Positions 21,323 to 30,670 of a stretch of DNA of 64,000 nucleotides are shown one piece after another (within the stretch, counting starts at the first letter, position 1; the number at the start of each line of letters is the position of its first letter). This DNA is from Macrostomum lignano (taxonomy: Eukaryota), in the NCBI GenBank assembly GCA_002269645.1, contig NIVC01000926.1, forward strand, positions 124,001 to 188,000, read 5' to 3'. The notes below the pieces were generated by a model that had not been told where the DNA came from, did not search any database, and saw nothing but the letters and a program-made list of their open reading frames with translations. The translations under genes were made by a program, and so were the position numbers.

Positions 21323-23655
21323 GCCCCTGGCATTAGTTAGTCAAGTGGTCTAGTGGGGGCTGGCCGCCCCCACGCCCCTGGCATTAGTTAGTCTAGTGGT
21401 ATAGTGGGGGCTGGCCGCCCCCACGCCCCTGGCATTAGTTAGTCTAGTGGTATAGTGGGGGGCTCGCCGCCCCCCACGCCCCTGGCATTAGTTAGTCTAG
21501 TGGTATAGTGGGGGCTGGCCGCCCCCCACGCCCCTGGCATTAGTTAGTCTAGTGGTATAGTGGGGGGCTGGCCGCCCCCCACGCCCCTGGCATTTGTTAG
21601 TCTAGTGGTATAGTGGGGGGCTCGCCGCCCCCACGCCCCTGGCATTAGTTAGTCTAGTGGTATAGTGGGGGCTGGCCGCCCCCCACGCCCCTGGCATTAG
21701 TTAGTCTAGTGGTATAGTGGGGGCTGGCCGCCCCCACGCTCCTGGCATTAGTTAGTCTAGTGGTATAGTGGGGGGCTGGCCGCCCCCCACGCCCCTGGCA
21801 TTAGTTAGTCTAGTGGTATAGTGGGGGCTGGCCGCCCCCCACGCCCCTGGCATTAGTTAGTCTAGTGGTATAGTGGGGGGCTGGCCGCCCCCCACGCCCC
21901 TGGCATTAGTTAGTCTAGTGGTATAGTGGGGGCTAGCCGCCCCCCACGCCCCTGGCATTAGTTCTTCTAGTGGTACGCTCGTATAGTGGGGGGGGGCTTG
22001 CCGCCCCCCACGCCCCTGGCATTAGTTAGTCTAGTGGTATAGTGGGGGGCTGGCCGCCCCCCACGCCCCTGGCATTAGTTAGTCTAGTGGTGTAGTGGGG
22101 GGCTGGCCGCCCCCCACGCCCCTGGCATTAGTTAGTCTAGTGGTATAGTGGGGGGCTGGCCGCCCCCCACGCCCCTGGCATTAGTTAGTCTAGTGGTATA
22201 GTGGGGGCTGGCCGCCCCCACGCCCCTGGCATTAGTTAGTCTAGTGGTATAGTGGGGGGCTGGCCGCCCCCACGCCCCTGGCATTAGTTAGTCTAGTGGT
22301 ATAGTGGGGGCTGGCCGCCCCCCACGCCCCTGGCATTAGTTAGTCTAGTGGTATAGTGGGGGCTGGCCGCCCCCACGCCCCTGGCATTAGTTAGTCTAGT
22401 GGTATAGTGGGGGGCTGGCCGCCCCCACGCTCCTGGCATTAGTTAGTCTAGTGGTATAGTGGGGGCTGGCCGCCCCCACGCCCCTGGCATTAGTTAGTCT
22501 AGTGGTATAGTGGGGGCTGGCCGCCCCCACGCCCCTGGCATTAGTTAGTCTAGTGGTATAGTGGGGGCTGGCCGCCCCCACGCCCCTGGCATTAGTTAGT
22601 CTAGTGGTATAGTGGGGGCTAGCCGCCCCCCACGCCCCTGGCATTAGTTCTTCTAGTGGTACGCTCGTATAGTGGGGGGGGCTTGCCGCCCCCCGCCCCT
22701 GGCATTAGTTAGTCTAGTGGTATAGTGGGGGCTGGCCGCCCCCACGCCCCTGGCATTAGTTAGTCTAGTGGTGTAGTGGGGGCTGGCCGCCCCCCACGCC
22801 CCTGGCATTAGTTAGTCTAGTGGTATAGTGGGGGCTGGCCGCCCCCACGCCCCTGGCATTAGTTAGTCTAGTGGTATAGTGGGGGCTGGCCGCCCCCACG
22901 CCCCTGGCATTAGTTAGTCTAGTGGTACGCTCGTATAGTGGGGGGCTTGCCGCCCCCCACGCCCCTGGCATTAGTTAGTCTAGTGGTATAGTGGGGGGCT
23001 GGCCGCCCCCACGCCCCTGGCATTAGTTAGTCTAGTGGTATAGTGGGGGCTGGCCGCCCCCCACCCCTGGCATTAGTTAGTCTAGTGGTATAGTGGGGGC
23101 TAGCCGCCCCCCACGCCCTGGCATTAGTTCTTCTAGTGGTACGCTCGTATAGTGGGGGGGGGCTTGCCGCCCCCCACGCCCCTGGCATTAGTTAGTCTAG
23201 TGGTATAGTGGGGGCTGGCCGCCCCCACGCCCCTGGCATTAGTTAGTCTAGTGGTATAGTGGGGGGCTGGCCGCCCCCACGCCCCTGGCATTAGTTAGTC
23301 TAGTGGTATAGTGGGGGCTGGCCGCCCCCACGCCCCTGGCATTAGTTAGTCTAGTGGTATAGTGGGGGGCTGGCCGCCCCCCACGCCCCTGGCATTAGTT
23401 AGTCTTGTGGTATAGTAGGGGGCTAGCCGCCCCCCACGCCCCTGGCATTAGTTTTTCTAGTGGTATAGTGGGGGGCTGGCCGCCCCCCACGCCCCTGGCA
23501 TTAGTTAGTCTAGTGGTATAGTGGTATAGTGGGGGGCTAGCCGCCCCCCACGCCCCTGGCATTAGTTAGTCTAGTGGTATAGTGGGGGGCTGGCCGCCCC
23601 CACGCCCCTGGCATTAGTTTTTCTAGTGGTATAGTGGGGGCTGGCCGCCCCCACA
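21323..23655. repeat. 51-bp minisatellite array, about 45 units
   Basis: Unit GCCCCTGGCATTAGTTAGTCTAGTGGTATAGTGGGGGCTGGCCGCCCCCAC; no unique spacers. Confidence 0.97.
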
Positions 23656-24052
23656 CCCCGCTCCCCCACCCCTCCCGCGCGTTGTTGTTGGGGAGGGTGG
23701 TTGTTGTTGTGGGGTTTGCGTAACGTGGGGGCTGCCGCCCCACACCCCCGCTCCCGCACCCCACCCCTCCGCAACTCTTCTCACCTCTAACACATCTTTT
23801 TAGCATGCTAAAACTGCTTGTAAGCCTTTGGCGACCGCGCAACACATGATACTTGCCGATATGTATCGTAATATTTTTTCTGCACTAACAAATCATCTGT
23901 GCCGCACTTTCAGCTTCACTCTTACTCTTTAATAAGGTATAGAAGGAAATGAAAATTAAACAATCAATATTAAATTATATTCAAGTGAAAGAGAATTGAA
24001 AATACTAATAAATCCGTTCCTGCTAAAAAAATTAAATTTAAAAAAAAAACTT

Positions 24053-24125
24053 TGCCCACTTGGGATTCGAACCCGTGTTTAGGCCATTTACAAAGCAACT
24101 GCCTTCGGCCCCGATCCATCTCTTG
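24053..24125 (-). pseudogene. tRNA-derived (Pol III promoter-like) sequence
   Basis: Minus strand has B-box GGTTCGAATCC followed by a T-run; no clean cloverleaf. Confidence 0.55.
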
Positions 24126-25980
24126 CTTAAGCGAAGCTCTACAGTGCACGCCCTTTATATCGAATATTCCCTATGGTAGCCACTTTTACGATTTTTGCTG
24201 CTTTTTCATACATTTCTGCTCGCTGCATCGCAGCGCCTTCATCTAAAAATGCGAGTTGCATGTCGTTACAGAGATAACATCAAGGCGCATTCATCTAATG
24301 CATTTTTAAAGTATGTCAACAAATTTTACGCCTCCTAGGCGCCAAATTGTGCATTTTCACCTGTTCTGACAGGTATTCAAACAGGTATTAAGACCTATTA
24401 ACTTAAGAATCAGTTTTCAAAACTAATTTAGTTGCACAGTGCATCCATAGTGCTGTTTTTAGACACCAAAATTGAGTCTCTAGGCCTTGCCAATGCAGAG
24501 TTATTAGCAAAAGTATGCTCAAAATTTGCCCAAAAATAGCCTTCTAAAAATTCGGAGCCAATTTTCTCAAAAATACGAATTTTCCAGCCATATTGGCGTA
24601 TGACCGGTGTAACTTTAGCTATTCGACTAAACAATATTGAAAATGCAGAAAAATCGGTGCGCAAAAATTCTTATTTTTCGACTTCAAAGTTTGTACCCCC
24701 GAATGGGCCGTTTTTCACTTAACAGGTAAAAAGTACCTGTTAACAGAGGTTTTTTCAGGAGTGTTTTATGTCATTCAAAAGGGCATCCGATAGGCTACAA
24801 TTTGACGCCATACTCGAAAAACTTTGCCCCATTTTAAAAAAATTTCCTTAACAACGTCTGATTTTCTGCAGTGCCCCCGGCCTCTTTTTTCCCTGGTTTC
24901 CGGGTCACTGCTCAGCACAGGTAGGTCCAAATGCTTAGAAAATTTAGGAAAACAAATTTCCATATGTTTGACACGTCGTGTTAAAGTCTCAACACTGTAG
25001 CATAAAACACTTTTTCAAGTTTGAGGACTACTTTTTTAAAACGTGACCCAATTTTTCGAAAATGTCGTTTTTAGGCACTCTTTGGCACCTGGGCAGGTTA
25101 TTGATGGCCCAATCGGCCAAATCTCGATGTTTCCGATTAAAAGACATCCATTTGAGTTATTTGGTATACAAAACAGCAAAAATAAAGTTTTCCATCTCGA
25201 CGCCATAGGCCTCACAAAAGTGCACTAAAAATTTGTACTTTTAAACAGCAGATAGGCAACCATGTGAAAAGTACATTTTAGCCCTAAAAACTATAGCGCA
25301 TCAAACAGCCCCAGGTGTTATTGACGCTATGAGGCAGCTCAAAGGCCGCGCTATCGCGCGTCCTTTTCGCTGCGGTGAGGCAAAGTTGAAAAAAATGCCG
25401 ATTTTTCGACCTCAGAAAACACGTTTTTTGCACTTTTACCCTAAAAGTTAAAGTACAATCAAAAAATCCATTTCTGATCATTGTAGCGTTTGAATGCCCG
25501 CGTTTACTGAGCCCACTCGCTAAGCGCTGCCATATTCTCAATCCTTATTTTTTGAGATCAAAGTTTTTGACAAAGTCGAAAAAACGCAGTTTTTGGTTGC
25601 CATGGCAACCAAAACGCGTTGCCATAGCAACCAACTATTGTGCATCCGATAGCGCTAGGTCTTTGACACATTTTGGCAAAAACTGTTTGTAAATCGGTTG
25701 TACCGTTTTTTATTGGCAGCGTTTAAAAGTTGAAAAACGTCATTTTTAGTGTGTGCAACCACGTTACATCTTATCAGGGACGATTTCGCAAAAGTAAGCA
25801 GCATAGAAAAAAATTCTCGCTTCGCTCGCCTTTTTTTCTATACTACTTACTGGCTCATCGTCCCACAACTAGTGAATGAAGACGCTGTCGTCTTCAAAGG
25901 TGGGACGATGGTTTATATTGTGTCCATTATTGTTTATGGCTATGACATCTATTTATTTAACCTAAATTGAGATCTAAAAA

Positions 25981-27570
25981 GCCCCCCACGCCCCTGGCAT
26001 TAGTTAGTCTAGTGGTATAGTGGGGACTGGCCGCCCTGGCATTAGTTAGTCTAAGTGGTATAGTGGGGGGCTGGCCGCCCCCACGCCCCTGGCATTAGTT
26101 AGTCTAGTGGTATAGTGGTATAGTGGGGGCTGGCCGCCCCCACGCCCCTGGCATTAGTTAGTCTAGTGGTATAGTAGGGGGCTGGCCGCCCCCCACGCCC
26201 CTGGCATTTATTAGTCTAGTGGTATAGTGGGGGCTGGCCGCCCCCCACGCCCCTGGCATTTATTAGTCTAGTGGTATAGTGGGGGCTGGCCGCCCCCACG
26301 CCCCTGGCATTAGTTAGTCTAGTGGTATAGTGGAGGGCTGGCCGCCCCCACGCCCCTGGCATTAGTTAGTCTAGTGGTATAGTGGGAGGCTGGCCGCCCC
26401 CACGCCCCTGGCATTAGTTAGTCTTGTGGTATAGTGGGGGCTGGCCGCCCCCCACGCCCCTGGCATTAGTTAGTCTAGTGGTATAGTGGGGGCTGGCCGC
26501 CCCCACGCCCCTGGCATTAGTTAGTCTAAGTGGTATAGTGGGGGCTGGCCGCCCCCACGCCCCTGGCATTAGTTAGTCTAGTGGTATAGTGGTATAGTGG
26601 GGGCTGGCCGCCCCCACGCCCCTGGCATTAGTTAGTCTAGTGGTATAGTAGGGGGCTGGCCGCCCCCCACGCCCCTGGCATTAGTTAGTCTAGTGGTATA
26701 GTGGGGGCTGGCCGCCCCCACGCCCCTGGCATTTATTAGTCTAGTGGTATAGTGGGGGCTGGCCGCCCCCACGCCCCTGGCATTAGTTAGTCTAGTGGTA
26801 TAGTGGGGGCTGGCCGCCCCCCACGCCCCTGGCATTAGTTAGTCTAGTGGTATAGTGGGGGCTGGCCGCCCCCACGCCCCTGGCATTAGTTAGTCTAAGT
26901 GGTATAGTGGGGGCTGGCCGCCCCCCACGCCCCTGGCATTAGTTAGTCTAGTAGTATAGTGGGGGGCTGGCCACCCCCCACGCCCCTGGCATTAGTTAGT
27001 CTAGTGGTATAGTGGGGGCTGGCCGCCCCCACGCCCCTGGCATTTATTAGTCTAGTGGTATAGTAGGGGCTGGCCGCCCCCACGCCCCTGGCATTTATTA
27101 GTCTAGTGGTATAGTGGGGGCTAGCCGCCCCCCACGCCCCTGGCATTAGTTAGTCTAGTGGTATAGTGGGGGCTCGCCGCCCCCCACGCCCCTGGCATTA
27201 GTTAGTCTAGTGGTATAGTGGGGGCTGGCCGCCCCCCACGCCCCTGGCATTAGTTAGTCTAGTGGTATAGTGGTATAGTGGGGGGCTAGCCGCCCCCCAC
27301 GCCCCTGGCATTAGTTAGTCTAGTGGTATAGTAGGGGGCTGGCCGCCCCCCACGCCCCTGGCATTAGTTAGTCTAGTGGTATAGTGGGGGGCTGGCCGCC
27401 CCCCACGCCCCTGGCATTAGTTAGTCTAGTGGTATAGTGGGGGGCTGGCCGCCCCCCACGCCCCTGGCATTAGTTAGTCTAGTGGTATAGTGGTATAGTG
27501 GGGGCTAGCCGCCCCCCACGCCCCTGGCATTAGTTAGTCTAGTGGTAAAGGGGGGCTGGCTCCCCCACCG
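25981..27570. repeat. 51-bp minisatellite array, about 31 units
   Basis: Same unit as 21323-23655. Confidence 0.97.
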
Positions 27571-27875
27571 CTCCACCACCCCTCGAGAACTTTTCCCACA
27601 TCTAAACACGTCTTTGTAATATGTTACAACTATATTCTAGCCTTCAAACGACCAGACATCAAATACTTGCTTGCCGACATGTATCGTAATATACTTTTTG
27701 CACTAACAATCATACGTGCCGCACTAAAAGATTCACTGTTACTCTTTAAATACGTATAAAAAGAAAAATAAATTTAAATAAATGTAATTTAATTGTATAA
27801 AAAACATAATAGTTAGAGAAATAAAAATACTAAAAAACTGTTTGCTCTAAAAGAACTTTAAACTAAAAATTTTTC

Positions 27876-27942
27876 GGATCTCTTGGGAATCGAACCCTGC
27901 AGCACTCAATTATATGGAAACTAACTCTGCCACTGAGCCACA
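27876..27942 (-). pseudogene. tRNA-derived (Pol III promoter-like) sequence
   Basis: Minus strand has A-box TGGCTCAGTGG and B-box GGTTCGATTCC, followed by TTTTT. Confidence 0.6.
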
Positions 27943-30670
27943 AATTGCTTACTAAGTTGGCCTATTGTACACGTATTTTATATCGAATATCGCTAATAGC
28001 AGCCATTTCTACCATTTTTTCTGCTTTTTCATACATTTCTGCTCGTTGCATCGCAACGCTTCTACCTAAAAATACGAGTCGCATGTCGTTACAGAGATAA
28101 CATCAAGGCGCATTCATCCAATGCATTTTCAAACTATGTCAACAAATTTTTCGGCTGCTAGGCGCCAAAATATTAATTTTCACCTGTTCTGGCAGGTAAT
28201 CAAACAGGTATTAAGACCTGTTAACCTAAGAATCAGTTTTCAAAACTGATTAAGCTGCATAATGCATCCATAGTGCTGTTTTTAGACACCAAACTTGAGT
28301 CTCTAGGTCTCGCCAATGCAGAGTTATTAGCAAAAGTATGCTCAAAATTTGCCCAAAAATGGCCTACTCAAAATTCGGAGCCAATTTTCTCAAAAATACG
28401 AATTTTCCAGCCATATTGGCGTATGACCGGTGTAACTTCAGCTATTCGACTAAACAATATTGAAAATGCAGAAAAATCGGTGCGCAAAATTTCTTATTTT
28501 TCGACTTCAAAGTTTGTACCCCAAAAGGGCCGTTTTTCAATTAACAGGTAAAAAGTACCTGTTAACAGGGGTTTTTTCAGGAGTGTCTTATGTCATTCAA
28601 AAGGGCATCCGATGGGCTACAATTTGACACCACATTCGAAAAAATTCGCCCAGTAATAAAAATTTTTCTTTAACAACATATGGTTTTTTGGTCGAGTCCC
28701 CCGGCCTCTTTTTTCCCCGGTTTCCGGGTCACTGCTCCGCACAGGTAGGTTCAAATGCTTAGAAAATTTAGGAAAACAAATTTCCATATGTTTGACACGT
28801 TTTGTTAAAATTTCAACACCGTAGCTTAAAACACTTTCTTATTTTTGGAGACTACTTTTTGAAAACGTGACCCAAATTTTCAAAAACACTCTTTTTGACC
28901 CTTGTAGCCATATAGAGCAGCAATGAATGGCCCAATCAAGCAGATCTCAGCATTTCCGAATAAAAGACATCCATTTGAGTGATTTGGGTTGAAAAATTGA
29001 AAAAATCAAGATTTGCATCTGTATAGGATAAGCCTCTTTAAAGTGCACAAACGGTTTGTACTTTTAAAGTGCAGATAGGCAGCCATGTCAAAAGTACATT
29101 TTAGCCCAAAAAATTATAGCGCATCTAAAAGCCCCAGGTGTTGTTTACATTATGCAGCAGCTCAAAAGCCGCGCTATTGCGCGTCCTTTTCGCTGCAGTA
29201 CGGGCAAGGTTGAAAAACATGTACAAAAAATTGGCCGAAAAATTGCATTTTTAAAAATCAGATGCAGTTTGCTCAAAAATACGAATTTTCCAGCCATATT
29301 GGCGTATGACCGGTGAAACTTTAGCTATTCGACTAAACAATATTGAAAATGCAGAAAAATCGGTGCGCAAAATTTCTTATTTTTCGACTTCAAAGTTTGT
29401 ACCCCCAAATGGGCCGTTTTTCACTTAACAGGTAAAAAGTACCTGTTAACAGGGTTTTTTTCAGGAGTGTCTTATGTCATTCAAAAGGGCATCCGATGGG
29501 CTACAATTTGACACTACACTCGAAAAAATTCGCCTCATTTTAAAAAAATTTCCTTAACAACGTTTGATTTTCTGCAGAGCCCCCGGCCTCTTTTTTCCCT
29601 GGTTTCCGGGTCACTGCTCAGCACAGGTAGGTCCCAATGCTTAGAAAATTCAGGAAAACAAATTTCCAAATGTTTGACACGTCGTGTTAAAGTCTCAACA
29701 CCGTAGCATAAAACGCTTCCTTATTTTTGGGGACTACTTTTTGAAAACGTGACCCAATTTTTCGAAAATGTCGTTTTTAGGCACTCTTTAGCACCTAGGC
29801 AGGTTATTGATGGCCCAATCGGCCAAATCTCAATGTTTCCGAATAGAAGACATCCATTTGAGTAATTTGGTGTAGAAATATTAAAAAATAAAGTTTTCCA
29901 TCTCGACGCCATAGGCCTCACAAAAGTGCACTAAAATTTGTACTTTTAAACAGCAGATAGGCAGCCATGTGAAAAGTACATTTTAGCCCTAAAAACTATA
30001 GCGCATCAAACAGCCCCAGGTGTTATTGACGCTATGAGGCAGCTCAAAGGCCGTGCTATCGCGCGTCCTTTTCGCTGCGGTGAGGCAAAGTTGAAAAAAA
30101 TGCCGATTTTTCGACCTCAAAAAACACGTTTTTTGCACTTTTACCCTAAAAGTTAAAGTACAATCAAAAAATCCATTTCTGATCATTGTAGCGTTTGAAT
30201 GCCCGCGTTTACTGAGCCCACTCGCTAAGCGCTGCCATATTCTCAATCCTTATTTTTTGAGATCAAAGTTTTTGACAAAGTCGAAAAAACGCAGTTTTTG
30301 GTTGCCATGGCAACCAAAACGCGTTGCCATAGCAACCAACTATTGTGCATCCGATAGCGCTAGGTCTTTGACACATTTTGGCAAAAACTGTTTGTAAATC
30401 GGTTGTACCGTTTTTTATTGGCAGCGTTTAAAAGTTGAAAAACGTCATTTTTAGTGTGTCACATCTGTTGCACATCTTATCAGGGACGATTTCGCAAAAG
30501 TAAGCAGTATAGAAAAAAATTCTCGCTTCGCTCGCATTTTTTTCTATACTACTTACTGGCTCATCGTCCCACAACTAGCGTAGATAATCGCTATAAAAAA
30601 GTTAAGCAACCAACTATCGAAGAATTTGCAAAACAATTAGTGTTAACTTGTATTTTTAAGGCTATTAAAA

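Larger units (their letters stand above)
21243..25872 (-). mobile_element. Helentron-associated non-autonomous element (DINE-1/HINE-like), unit 1
   Basis: 11-bp asymmetric sub-terminal inverted repeats GTGGGACGATG (21270-21280) and CATCGTCCCAC (25856-25866); terminal hairpin TGAAGACG-CTGT-CGTCTTCA (21247-21266); internal tandem array; minus-strand ends at TT. Confidence 0.75.
25873..30578 (-). mobile_element. Helentron-associated non-autonomous element, unit 2 (head-to-tail with unit 1)
   Basis: Same termini; junction ...CCCACAACTAGTGAATGAAGACG...; carries an internal duplication of about 883 bp. Confidence 0.75.

Noticed and set aside
24053-24125. Functional tRNA genes (also 27876-27942)
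   Set aside because: Acceptor and anticodon stems do not pair properly; kept only as tRNA-derived sequences.
22396-27146. ORFs with GVGAASPHYTTRLTNAR repeats
   Set aside because: They are translations of the satellite and are broken by G/C-run length changes.
21323-27570. CRISPR array
   Set aside because: Monomers are contiguous near-identical 51-mers with no unique spacers, and there are no cas genes.
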